Positions 51,701 to 62,185 of a DNA stretch of 64,000 bases are shown here, one piece after another. The translations under genes and the position numbers were made by a program. The DNA is from Histomonas meleagridis 2922-C6/04-290x (taxonomy: Eukaryota > Protista > Parabasalia): the NCBI GenBank assembly GCA_020184695.1, contig JAANOX010000151.1, forward strand, positions 28,964-92,963. The letters run 5' to 3'. Numbering within the stretch: the stretch's first letter is position 1; every line of letters begins with the position of its first letter. Under the pieces are notes generated by a model. It was not told where the DNA came from, searched no databases, and saw only the letters and a program-made list of their open reading frames with translations.

Positions 51701-53619
51701 ATGAAAGAAAATAATTTTTCGTATTTTCTTATATTATTTATTGTATTTTTCAAAATACATTTCAAGCTTTTGATAATGAAACAAAAACATTAACAATCAC
51801 AAATTTAGATGAATTTGATAATTCTTCATTATATGAAAACATTACAAAACATATTGTTATTGAAGAAGGAACTTCTTCTATTCCACATAATGTATTTAGT
51901 GGATGGAAATTTGTTATTTCAGTTAACATAAGTAATTCAGTTAAAACAATTTCTGCTTCAGCATTTTCTAATTGTTCATCATTAGAAACAATTAATTTTG
52001 GAGAAAATATTGAAGGAATTGAAAGATTTGCATTTTATAATTGCGTAAAATTAAATCACATTACTATTCCAAATTTAGTTAAAACAATTCAATATTGTAC
52101 ATTTTCCAATTGTTTATCATTAGAAACAGTTAATTTTGGAGAAAATATTGAAGAAATTGGAAGTTCAGCTTTTTCGAATTGCATAAAATTAAATAATATA
52201 TCAATCCCAAATTCAGTCAACGTAATTGATAGTTTAGTGTTTTATAATTGTTCATCATTAGAAACAGTTAATTTTGGAGAAAATATTACAAGAATTGGAA
52301 GTTCAGCGTTTTCGAATTGCATAAAATTAAATAATATTATTATTCCAAATTTAGTTGAACGAATTGGAAATTATGTGTTTTATAATTGTTATTCATTAGA
52401 AACGATTAATTTAAGTTCTAATTTAAATGAAATTGGAGATTATGCATTTTATAATTGCACAAAAATAAATAACATTACAATTCCTCAATTATTTATATTT
52501 GGGAATTATGTATTTTCTAATTGTATAGAATTAACTAATATTATAATTCCTCGATCAGTAATATACATTGGGATTAATGTATTTGAAAATTGCCAAAAAC
52601 TCGAAAACATTTTAATTGATAAAAGTAATTTAAATTATTCTAATTTTGAAGAAGATGGAATTGTTTATGATAAAAACATTTCGACTATTATCATATATCC
52701 ACCAGGGAAACGAAATAACACATTTTCAATCCCAAACATTATTCGAAATATATATCAATATTCATTTTCAACATGTTTGTCATTAGAAACTATTATTTTA
52801 AAGTCGAATATTGAATATATATATAATAATTCGATCGTTAATTGTTTTGGATTAAAATGTATTTATTATTTAGGTGAAATAACACCGAAAGTTGAAGATC
52901 AATCATTTGATAATATATCTACGGATACTGTTGTCGTCGGCCAAACATATTTAAATTCGACGTTTGGCTCATTAAATATCACAAAAGGATCAACGGCTGA
53001 ATGTCCTTCAATACCAACATTCACCTTCACGAAATCGAACACATTTACATCATCAAATACATTCGCGAAATCAAAAACATTTACATTATCAAATACATTT
53101 TCACAATCGAACACAATAGCGAAATCGAACACATTTACAGGATCATTTTGCGTTAATGCATCATTAAATATTATGAGCAAATTGACATTTTTATATTCTA
53201 TTACACAATTGATGACAATTTACCAAACACGAATAAATTCTGTTACATTTTCTCTTATTAATTCGTCATATACATTTATTACAACAAATTTTCTTTTTTA
53301 TGAATATACTGTCATTGGATATCCAACATATTATAGTTTTTATTCTTATTTTTTCACTGTTGTATACACAAATATTCCATCAGCAAATGGTACAATTGAT
53401 AAATCACTTTTAATTGGAATTATTTGTATTGCTATTATACTCGTTTTGGTTATCATCGGAATTGTCATTTGGCTTGTTAAATACAATAGAAAACCAATTA
53501 ATAAATCATCTGTGAAAACGGATTTAAAAAATTCGTCAACACCTGAATCAATGTACGAAGAAATTAATAATGATGAAATGAAAAATATGGTAAATAAAGA
53601 TGAAGATCAATGGATATGA
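51701..53619 (+). CDS. BspA-like surface protein (TpLRR repeats, Ser/Thr-Asn-Thr-Phe stalk, single TM, short tail), one frameshift near the 5' end
   Basis: The frame of the 52237 ORF is open back to 51715 (FQNTFQAFDNETKTLTITNLD...). Signal-like MKENNFSYFLILFIVF starts at ATG 51701 in another frame and joins at the T-run near 51746-51750. Repeats F.NC..L..I.IPN.V..I; stalk TFTKSNTFTSSNTFAKS; TM LLIGIICIAIILVLVIIGIVIWLV. Confidence 0.85.
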
Positions 53620-53895
53620 AATATATGTATACATAATATGCGGGAAAATTTTAAAATAAATTAGTAAAAATTAAAAATAATATTTGATTTTGCTTTGGTT
53701 TTTATGGGACAGCGTTTTATTATATATTACTATAAGAAGCACTGGAAAATTTTGGTGAGTATAAATTTATTGCAATAGAAAATAACAAAATATTGATAAT
53801 ATTGATAATCTTTTCGATTTTTTATATAATGTTTTAAGACATCTTTTCATCGATTTAACTTTACTCAATTTAACTATATCATAGATGAAAAAAAT

Positions 53896-54116
53896 CAAAT
53901 CAAATGCTGTATAAAATAATTTAAATAATTTCCAAATATTATATTGAAATTCTAATTTATCAATATAAATTTTAAATAAAACAAATTAATATTAATAGCC
54001 CTAATATCAATTCTTTCTTGGCCAAGAAGCGATTTAACTTCTCTATGACCATTTTTTGATGCATTCATAAGTGACGTTGTAAATAATTTTAATAAATTCC
54101 AAATATTATTTTGAAT
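53896..54116 (-). pseudogene. Ankyrin relic with one full 77-nt spacer and a second spacer core
   Basis: 54077-53988 reads TSLMNASKNGHREVKSLLGQERIDIRAINI; 77-nt spacer 53987-53911; then TAFDL from 53910. An upstream spacer core lies at 54116-54078. Confidence 0.75.
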
Positions 54117-54284
54117 TTCAAGAAATTAAACTTTACGATTTTTAGATATTTGTAAATTTAATCATTATATAAACCAAAATGCATTTTCTCTAATGATTAT
54201 TTTCATAAGATAATAACTATAAATAACACTATGTTTATAATCTATTTTTATTAAAAACAAATTTAATCAAAACATTCCAGTTAA

Positions 54285-55568
54285 TCATATTAAACTTCTT
54301 GGTGCATATGATATTATTTTTTTAGGTTTATAAATCTTAATTGGCTTTGGAGCCTTAGGCACTCTAATTGCCACCATTGAACTCTTTGCCAATTTATCGC
54401 CTTTGAATTCTTTATGCGATTCTTTCACTTCTTTTTTCTTAAACTTTTCCCATTTTTTCTTTTTTTCTTCTTTTACCCAAATATCCAAAACTTCCTTTTC
54501 CGAAAGATTATTTTTCAATTCAATTTTTAGTTTTTCGACTTCAACAGCACCTGCGACTATTCTAAAGTATTCGAAATCGATTGCCAACAATTGAACTTTT
54601 GTAATTGTTTTCACTTTATATAAAGAATTTGTTAACATTTTAATAGATGGGTCAGCAAATAAGTCACCAACTTTCATATCTCCAATATGTACGGGATGTT
54701 TACCATCAGGAAAATTTATTTCAAGAGATTCAAATAATGAATCAATTTTTCGAAAACTCATAGAAGTAAAATCAATAATTCGGAACTGTGAGATTGTTCC
54801 ATTTTTTATTATATATAAATAATTCCCTAGTGATGAAGCATCGGAAATTGTTTTTCCTGCTTCGATTTCAATTACTTCAGAAAAAGTCGAAATTAAATAG
54901 GTTTGTTCGGTACGAAGTCGAGGAAATTTACGACTCGTTAATGATTGCTGTTCTTCAAGGAGTGTTTTGGCGGAAATAACAATAGAAGGTATTTGGTATG
55001 AATTTGGTAAAAATTTGATGAGTTTTAATGTGTCAGAAGTACATAAAATTGTTTCAGATCGTTTTTTCGTAAGAAAAAAAGATTGATATCCAATGGGATT
55101 ATGTGGATGTATTGTACGAACTTTAATAAGTTTATCTACATCTTTGTCAAGATCCATTTGTTCCATTAATAAGTCATAATTTGATTCATTTTCATTAAAT
55201 TCAAATGAACAATCTTCTGCTATAAGAAAAAAACGAACAACTACTTCAGCTTCTCCATCAAGAATAACATACCAACCATCAGAATCATCACCTTCAAAAT
55301 ATAAAACTTGATTTTTTGTGAGTTGAATAAATGTTGCTTCATTTATAATACGTTCTGCGTTTTCTTCACTTCCAATAATCCGCATTATCTTTTTGTTTCG
55401 CAGTAAATATTTTAAAATTATTTGATTTTCTTTAGATGTGCGATTAGAAGGTTGAACAATTAATGCATCACACAAGGGTTCAAGTGTATGATACCCTGAT
55501 GTATGCGAGTTTAAAGTGTTTATTGATTTTAGGCTTTGTGTTATGGATTTTCTTCTCTTTGTCTCCAT
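54285..55568 (-). CDS. Protein with two cyclic-nucleotide-binding-like (cupin) domains
   Basis: QVLYFEGDDSDGWYVILDGEAEV...KRSETILC, and a second module EIEAGKTIS...NYLYIIKNGTI...GDLFAD...VKTITKVQLLAIDF. Lys-rich tail. Confidence 0.75.
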   Translation of the reverse strand: METKRRKSITQSLKSINTLNSHTSGYHTLEPLCDALIVQPSNRTSKENQIILKYLLRNKKIMRIIGSEENAERIINEATFIQLTKNQVLYFEGDDSDGWYVILDGEAEVVVRFFLIAEDCSFEFNENESNYDLLMEQMDLDKDVDKLIKVRTIHPHNPIGYQSFFLTKKRSETILCTSDTLKLIKFLPNSYQIPSIVISAKTLLEEQQSLTSRKFPRLRTEQTYLISTFSEVIEIEAGKTISDASSLGNYLYIIKNGTISQFRIIDFTSMSFRKIDSLFESLEINFPDGKHPVHIGDMKVGDLFADPSIKMLTNSLYKVKTITKVQLLAIDFEYFRIVAGAVEVEKLKIELKNNLSEKEVLDIWVKEEKKKKWEKFKKKEVKESHKEFKGDKLAKSSMVAIRVPKAPKPIKIYKPKKIISYAPRSLI

Positions 55569-55615
55569 AACGTATTTTTATATGAAATGTGATATGAAAT
55601 TGTATTTTGTTTTAA

Positions 55616-55882
55616 ATGTCGAGCGAAGAAGTTGTCCAAATGTCAGCTGAACAACTTTGGGGATTATCCAACAATGAAGACATAGAACAATACCGTGGTG
55701 AAGATGTTGAAATAACTGAACATGATCATAAAATTGCACGTGACTTTGCTGAATTTGCAAAAATGGAAATTCATCCATCAAGAGAAAACGAAGTCAGAAT
55801 TTATGATGGAACTTCAGCCAAAGATGATGATGATGATGAAGATGAAGAATTTTTCGATCATGTCACAATTACACGAATTTGA
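55616..55882 (+). CDS. Small acidic hypothetical protein (88 aa), divergent from the cNMP-domain gene with 47 nt between the start codons
   Basis: ATG-initiated ORF with gene-like GC and an acidic tract DDDDDEDEE. No family recognised. Confidence 0.55.
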   Translation: MSSEEVVQMSAEQLWGLSNNEDIEQYRGEDVEITEHDHKIARDFAEFAKMEIHPSRENEVRIYDGTSAKDDDDDEDEEFFDHVTITRI

Positions 55883-56214
55883 ATAAATTTTCCAATTCAA
55901 ATGCATTTCTTTTCTTATTGAAGGTTATACAACAAATGCCTATGCTTGAATTCAATTTATTTTAATTCGATGTAAAATTATTTTTTTTAAACAAGGCTTA
56001 TTTAAAAATAAATATCTCTTTCTCTTTTAGCACAGTTCCCTGTTTTTAAGTGAAGTGTTTTCTTTCTTTATAAAAAAGTTGATCATTTTGATCAAATCAT
56101 TTATTTTTCAAAAAAGTTAAATTTAATGCTAAAATTGAATTTTTAGTAATCAAAAAAGAAAGAGAAGTTTGATTCTCTAGTCTGCAGACTATTTGGTCAG
56201 ACAACTTGTTGGTC

Positions 56215-56222
56215 AACCGTTA
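56215..56222 (+). promoter_or_regulatory. Trichomonad M3-like (Myb-site) core promoter motif AACCGTTA
   Basis: Fits the T. vaginalis M3 consensus RRCSGYTD as I recall it. Similar sites at 34134, 41979, 57299, 58590 (+) and 31567 (-), each upstream of an ATG. Confidence 0.4.
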
Positions 56223-56257
56223 TTTTTACCGGAAAAAGTGCTTCGGCCAATTGGCTG

Positions 56258-56989
56258 ATGCTGACTGTTTTCTTCTGCTTTTCATTATCCCTTTTTGGAA
56301 ATTCCAAACCAAAAAATCAATTCGCAGGAATTTTGAATGGCAACTGGTCTATTGATATTCTTTCGCCTACTTCTGATTCATCTGAACAAAAATCTTTATA
56401 TCTTCGTATTTTCACTGAAAATGAAAAACAAAGTGTAGCAAAAATTTACGAGTCAAATGAAACCGAAGAAGAAATTAATTCATTCACACTCCAATTTTTG
56501 GAAGACGAATTTTCAATGGTTTTGTCAAATGAAGAAACAGAAACTGGCATTAAATCTCAAAGTCAATCACTTCGCCAACACCTCACAGCTACAGGAAAAT
56601 TCCAAAACTATGTATATAATCTCATTATCCAATCACCAACAATTATCATCATAAATCTTTATGACTCAGAAACTAGTAAAAGCACAGTTATCAATCTCAT
56701 TAAGGACATTGATCGTACCCCACTCCCATGGTACAAAGCTAATGCTCAAATGATCATAATGATCGTCGTTTTCATTTCAACACAGATCTTTTCATTCTAC
56801 AACCAAAGGAAAATGATGAAGGCACAACAAGACGCAGCTGTTAAGAACGCAGAAAGACAAAAAGCGGCTGAACAAAAGGCCAAAAAGAAGGTTGAAGAAG
56901 TAACAGAAGAAGAAGAAAAGAAAGAAAATGAAAAGGAAGAAGAAGAAAAAGAAAATGACGAAGAAACTAAAAAAGAGAAAACAGACTAA
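56258..56989 (+). CDS. Type I membrane protein: signal peptide, beta-rich lumenal domain, one TM, Glu/Lys-rich tail
   Basis: MLTVFFCFSLSLF signal; TM AQMIIMIVVFISTQIFSFY; tail KKKVEEVTEEEEKKENEKEEEE...KKEKTD. Confidence 0.75.
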   Translation: MLTVFFCFSLSLFGNSKPKNQFAGILNGNWSIDILSPTSDSSEQKSLYLRIFTENEKQSVAKIYESNETEEEINSFTLQFLEDEFSMVLSNEETETGIKSQSQSLRQHLTATGKFQNYVYNLIIQSPTIIIINLYDSETSKSTVINLIKDIDRTPLPWYKANAQMIIMIVVFISTQIFSFYNQRKMMKAQQDAAVKNAERQKAAEQKAKKKVEEVTEEEEKKENEKEEEEKENDEETKKEKTD

Positions 56990-57347
56990 ATAAGTCACTA
57001 TTTTTATTTTTATTTTTCTTATTTCCATTAAATTTGAGCAATTTCAAAATTACCTCAAAATTAATGTTTTAGAAATTTTCACTAAATTATAAATGTAAAA
57101 ATTTCTCTTTTATTATGAAAATTTTATAATTCACTAGACATTTAATACAAAGAACAAAACATTAAGTTTATTACTAATATATTTTGAAGTTGTTTGATTT
57201 CGAATTGGTTATTAATTTAATAAATATATAGTTTTTTTGAAACCAAATATGTAATATTATGTAAGAATTACAAGATCTTTACAAACATGTAATCGATGGA
57301 CCGTTAAAAAATTCAAATACATATAATCGTTTCTACCACAATAAACA

Positions 57348-57355
57348 GGGTGCCC
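57348..57355 (+). promoter_or_regulatory. GGGTGCCC candidate promoter element upstream of the GPN gene
   Basis: ACAGGGTGCCCAAAAT; the ORF-track GTG start lies inside this motif. Confidence 0.4.
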
Positions 57356-57415
57356 AAAATGCAACAAGCAGACCTGAACACAACTCTTGATCAGAAAAAT
57401 GACCCACGCTTAAAG

Positions 57416-58222
57416 ATGTCATATGGCGCACTGTTTGTTGGACCACCAGGGTCTGGCAAAAGCACTTGTGTTGCGACACTAAAGGAAATGTGTGATAAAC
57501 TTAAAAGGAAATGTATAGTTATTAATCTTGATCCTGCTAATATTCACCCAACTTACACACCAAACTTTGATGTCTGTACAATTATTGATGTAAAAACTAC
57601 TATGGAAGAAGAAAAGCTCGGTCCTAATGGAGCTCTTATGTTTTGTATGGAAACAATTGCAGCATCGACACATGAAATAACAAAAGCCCTTAAGCCAATA
57701 ATTGAAGGAGGTTCTTACATTTTAATTGATTGCCCAGGTCAAGTTGAATTATATACTCATAGTGATTGCATGAAACAGTTTATTGAAGACTTTCAAAAGG
57801 ACCTAAATGCAAGGTTGGCTGTTGTCAATCTTGTTGACATTGTTTTAGCATCAACAGTTACAGGATTTTTGGGACAATCATTAATGTCACTTGGAACAAT
57901 GCTCAGACTATATACACCTCATATAAATGTACTCAGTAAGTTTGATTTAGCAGCAGAACTTGATCTACCATATGATCCGTTTGATGCAAATTTTGATGAT
58001 TTTTTGATTCATGGAAATGCCGATTCTTCCGATTCAGATGACGAAATCAAATGTAATTATATAATTAAATCTGTTCCAAATAAGCTGCATGATTCAATTG
58101 TCGAAATTTTGACGCAATTTGATTTAGTGAGTTATTCACAATTCACAACAAGCGATGAAACAACTGTTATGGAGCTTATACAGTTGATAGACAAAGCTGT
58201 TGGATGTACATGGATGTTATAA
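57416..58222 (+). CDS. GPN2: GPN-loop GTPase, GPN2-like
   Basis: MSYGALFVGPPGSGKST, INLDPAN, LGPNGALMFCME, IDCPGQVELYTH, PHINVLSKFD. Alternative start ATG 57359. Confidence 0.85.
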   Translation: MSYGALFVGPPGSGKSTCVATLKEMCDKLKRKCIVINLDPANIHPTYTPNFDVCTIIDVKTTMEEEKLGPNGALMFCMETIAASTHEITKALKPIIEGGSYILIDCPGQVELYTHSDCMKQFIEDFQKDLNARLAVVNLVDIVLASTVTGFLGQSLMSLGTMLRLYTPHINVLSKFDLAAELDLPYDPFDANFDDFLIHGNADSSDSDDEIKCNYIIKSVPNKLHDSIVEILTQFDLVSYSQFTTSDETTVMELIQLIDKAVGCTWML

Positions 58223-58614
58223 ATAAAATAAATTTTTGATCTTTAAAATCAGTTTCAGTTTCACATAACATAGTTTTTTTCAGGTTTGCCAGTCCGTTGT
58301 AAAATTAACTTTTGTTTTTCCATTATTAATGTGTCATGGAATTATTACGATGAGTAGATTTTCGAATTCAAAGATTTTGGTGTGTAGAAAGTAGAACAAA
58401 AATAAAAGTACATATATGAGTTTTATTGAGTTTATTGGCATAAGTATTGATGAGACTAAATAATAATTTTAAACATATTGATCTCACAATGAGAAATTTA
58501 ACTAAAAGGCGTTCGGATTACCAAGGGTAGTACATGAACTGCAATCAATAATAGCATAAATTAACCAATGAAAAAAAGCAGCACTGTAAAACGGTTTGTA
58601 CGTTAACCCAAAAA

Positions 58615-59205
58615 ATGAAAAAAACACACGCCAAAGAAGAACCTCTTGATAAACTTCTAAGACAAATGAGTGAGAAAAGGAAGAAGGAAGAAGAAAAAGA
58701 AATGATTAAAACTCGTAAAGCCAACCTTCAAAACAGAATCAATCGAATTAAACAAGATCGGAAGGAAGCATATGAGAAAGAAGTCACTCAACAAAACATT
58801 AGAAAAGAAACCATTAAAAATATGAACGATGAAATCCAACAAGAAATTAAAGAACAGAAACATCAAGAAGCAGAAACGCTACACAAAATTCGCACCGAAA
58901 GGAAAGCGCGCATTGCAGCCATTCATTCTGAAAACAAAGCCATGGAGGCAGCAGAAAAACAAGAGAAAAAGGAACGTATCAAACAAGAAAAGATTCAAAA
59001 GAAAGAAAAAGCACAAAAACTTAAAGCGCGAAGTAAAAAAGAAGCACAACTTCGAAAGACAAGAATCGAACAAAAGAAGGAATATGAACGAAAAGAAAAA
59101 GAACTTGCCGATCTTGAAGCGAAAGTAGAGGAAAGACACAAAACTTATTGGGATGACCCAGCCAATCTGGAGAAACTTGCCAAGCTTCTGATTGACTCAT
59201 ATTAA
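58615..59205 (+). CDS. Lys/Glu-rich coiled-coil hypothetical protein
   Basis: 196-aa ATG ORF with purine-rich sense strand and charged heptads. M3-like AACGGTTT lies 18 nt upstream. Confidence 0.65.
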   Translation: MKKTHAKEEPLDKLLRQMSEKRKKEEEKEMIKTRKANLQNRINRIKQDRKEAYEKEVTQQNIRKETIKNMNDEIQQEIKEQKHQEAETLHKIRTERKARIAAIHSENKAMEAAEKQEKKERIKQEKIQKKEKAQKLKARSKKEAQLRKTRIEQKKEYERKEKELADLEAKVEERHKTYWDDPANLEKLAKLLIDSY

Positions 59206-59619
59206 TTTTTGTAAAACATTATCGATAATTTTAATACATTAAATTTCTTTTATCTAATTCATTTACCTTTTCTGTCCTTAAAAAATTAAACATTGTAGTA
59301 GGTAGAGGTATATAATCAAAAATATAACTGTTAACAAAAAATGAAAATGCATTTCATAGCAGCATTTTTCCAAAAAAATATTAAAACAGTTACTAACTGT
59401 TGACTATTTAGAAAAAGATTTATAAATAAAATAATTACAAAAAGATATTAACTAATAAGAATCTAACAAATTTATATTAATGAAAACATTTGTCAACGAC
59501 TTCAAAAGACTAAATTAACATCAAAGAGAAAAAATTTCATTTGTTTCAAGAAATTGCTTAATAATCAAAAAGTTAATTTCGATGAAAAAACTGTTTACCA
59601 ACAAGTGTTCACAACAAAA

Positions 59620-60318
59620 TTAGAGTTTGCGCGATGGTGGGAGTTGATCTAATGAGAAGTTGTTAGACATCATTGGAAGTTTTGTATAAAGTGGGCGTTT
59701 GAAATACCATATTCCGACAGCAATAAGGATAACAACACATGCAAAGAAGGCTACTGTGCATCCAATGAAAATACGTTGTGTTTTCACAGCTTCATCTTGG
59801 ATTTGAGATTCTTCATTTTCAGCATTGGCCAATGCAATTTTGCGTGGACGGTAGCAAACATTGTTTCTCTTGCTCCACTTGCATGGGTGAATACATTTAT
59901 CTTTGGACTTAGCAGATGCGCATGATGATTTCTTGCATTTGGTTGTATTGAAAAGCCAGTCTTGTTTAAGACACTTAATGCCAAATGGACCAGAAGCATC
60001 GCCTTCAGCACATACGCCAAGACCTTCACACCAGCCGCATTGTTTGTTAGCATCATTTGAAACACATTTTTGACATCCATCATCTGTGAAAAGAGTGAAG
60101 CAAGTACCGAGACCTCCATGTTTACCTGTCATTGAATTGGTTGAAGGGCATTTCTTGGAGGGTGTTCCGTCATAATTAAATGCTGAATAACATGAATGAG
60201 TTTCGACGCAATAACGACAGCCTAAATAGGATACGCATGATTGTGGATCGAATGAAAATAACGAGCAAACATCTTGATCAACGAATGAGAAGGAAAGCGC
60301 CAGCAGCAAAGCCAACAT
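59620..60318 (-). CDS. Cys-rich PSI-domain type I membrane protein
   Basis: Signal peptide; C..C.....CRYC and C..C.......CGWC...GVC PSI-type modules; TM; tail with YTKL (YxxPhi). Confidence 0.75.
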   Translation of the reverse strand: MLALLLALSFSFVDQDVCSLFSFDPQSCVSYLGCRYCVETHSCYSAFNYDGTPSKKCPSTNSMTGKHGGLGTCFTLFTDDGCQKCVSNDANKQCGWCEGLGVCAEGDASGPFGIKCLKQDWLFNTTKCKKSSCASAKSKDKCIHPCKWSKRNNVCYRPRKIALANAENEESQIQDEAVKTQRIFIGCTVAFFACVVILIAVGIWYFKRPLYTKLPMMSNNFSLDQLPPSRKL

Positions 60319-61161
60319 TCAAAAACTGCTGAAAATGTCATTTTGACAATTTTGAATCGCCAAAATCAAAAAAGTGACAGTCACTGGAAGTGATTTGGAT
60401 ACGATAGACATTACAACAATATTGTAATCCAAATAAGAACACCAAAGAGAACTATTTGTTTCTGGAATGTTTATAAATTTCAATCCTTTAAAGTTTTCAG
60501 TTGATATCAACGGAATTTTAAAAAACATTTTGAATCATGTTGATGTAATTATTTACAGGAATTCTAAATAAATATCAAAATAACTTTAAATCAATTAAAA
60601 GTTACGGGGTTACTAATAACATTTGAATATTCTTTCTTAATGTCAAAAAATAAATAGTATAAATTAAAAGAAAAATTGAACCAATGATAAATTAAATTCT
60701 GTTGGTCTCAAAACGAAAGTTATTCATAAACAGATTCAGTGAAATTTGCATTTTGATTATTTATATTACCTTATATAATGAAAGTCATTTTCCTTCAAGT
60801 GAATTTATATGCATTTTGATAAAATGTAAAGCCAAATGAAGATTCAAACAGAAATATAAATTACTAACATAATAGATTCGGTTTCTATCGTCGCGGGCAC
60901 CCCATATGACACTTTTCTTATTGAATTTTTTCGTAGGTTATCATAGCAATAAATGGATTTTTTGGAAAAATTTAAATATAAACAAAAAATATGAATCAAA
61001 GGTGCTTTAAATTCTAATCTCATTTAAGATTCATGCGCATGTTCAATTCCCTCCAATGGAGCTGTGAGAATATTATTACAACACATTTAATATGTAGCGG
61101 CCGATGGCTATCGTACTTTAAGTATGACAAAACCTCATGTCATATAATTAATCGGATAACC

Positions 61162-61629
61162 ATGTGGGGAGGAAGTTTTGGACAAAGCTCGACTTCATCT
61201 TGGGGAAACCCATCACCTAGCAGGCCTAGTACTTCTGCTTGCCCTACTTCTGGAAGCAGTTTTGTAGGGGGCAATCAAAAATCAAATAGCAATTCATCAA
61301 ATAAATCACAAGAAACTCATGTGCCTTCAACACCTAGCCAAAGCAGCAAACCACAAGCACAGCCAGAACTAGCTAATACTGGAGTCGCTTCAAATATTGA
61401 TGAAGAAGAAGAAAAACAGGAATATGAAAATCCCGTTATAATCATACAACAAGTTCCATATCCTGTTTACTACCCACAACCTATGTGTTCTCCTTTTACT
61501 GGATTTAATATGCCAATGTTCTCATATCCATATCAGCAGTGCTACCCAATGTGCTATGGCCAGCAGTTTTTACCACAAATGCAAATGGCGCCGTTTTGTC
61601 AGAGTCCTCAACAACAAACTAAGTCATAA
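61162..61629 (+). CDS. Low-complexity Ser/Gln/Pro/Tyr-rich hypothetical protein
   Basis: Start placed at MWGGSFGQSS, where GC rises. S-rich N-terminus and QQVPYPVYYPQP...QQ C-terminus. Confidence 0.55.
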   Translation: MWGGSFGQSSTSSWGNPSPSRPSTSACPTSGSSFVGGNQKSNSNSSNKSQETHVPSTPSQSSKPQAQPELANTGVASNIDEEEEKQEYENPVIIIQQVPYPVYYPQPMCSPFTGFNMPMFSYPYQQCYPMCYGQQFLPQMQMAPFCQSPQQQTKS

Positions 61630-61829
61630 TTAAGGAGTTTGCAAAAATCATCATTAAAAAGAGCTAATACACTGAATAAGAATTTAAAGAATTTTAGCCA
61701 TACTTGTTCAGCAAATGAGAATATTCTAAAATGCGTAATGGTAAAAACATTTTTGAGAATTCTATTGATTCCAATTGTCTCTAGTTTAAATATTTCCATA
61801 AAAAAAATAATTCTAAAAATGTATTTAAA

Positions 61830-62126
61830 TTAGTTTACATTAATTTTTTCGATTCTGTGGAATTGAACAATTAAATATCGATTTCCCAAAGTATAACCAT
61901 TAAGTGCATTCTTAGCTGTTTGGGAATCAAGGACATCTTCATATACTACATAAGCTGTGGTCATTGTTTTTGGTGTATTCCCAAGACGGATTTGACGAAT
62001 GGGACCATATCTTCCAAACAGTTCATAAAGAGTTTCTCCATCAACGGTTGCAGGAAGATTCCTTACGTATAATATCCTATTAGCATTGTGAGAAAGTTGA
62101 ACAGTTCTTTTCATTTGTAAATCCAT
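61830..62126 (-). CDS. SF3B6: U2 snRNP SF3b p14 subunit (branch-point RRM protein)
   Basis: NRILYVRNLP...LYELFGRYGPIRQIRLGNTPKTMTTAYVVYED...NRYLIVQF matches SF3B6. Start placed at MDLQMK (62126). Confidence 0.92.
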   Translation of the reverse strand: MDLQMKRTVQLSHNANRILYVRNLPATVDGETLYELFGRYGPIRQIRLGNTPKTMTTAYVVYEDVLDSQTAKNALNGYTLGNRYLIVQFHRIEKINVN

Positions 62127-62185
62127 TCGTGCCCGATTAATGGGGCACACTGTTTTGGGGCGGGTTAAATACGTTACAACAAAAG

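Noticed and set aside
60863-60875. ACTAACATAATAG resembling a branch point/3' splice site
   Set aside because: No matching 5' splice site or flanking exons found.
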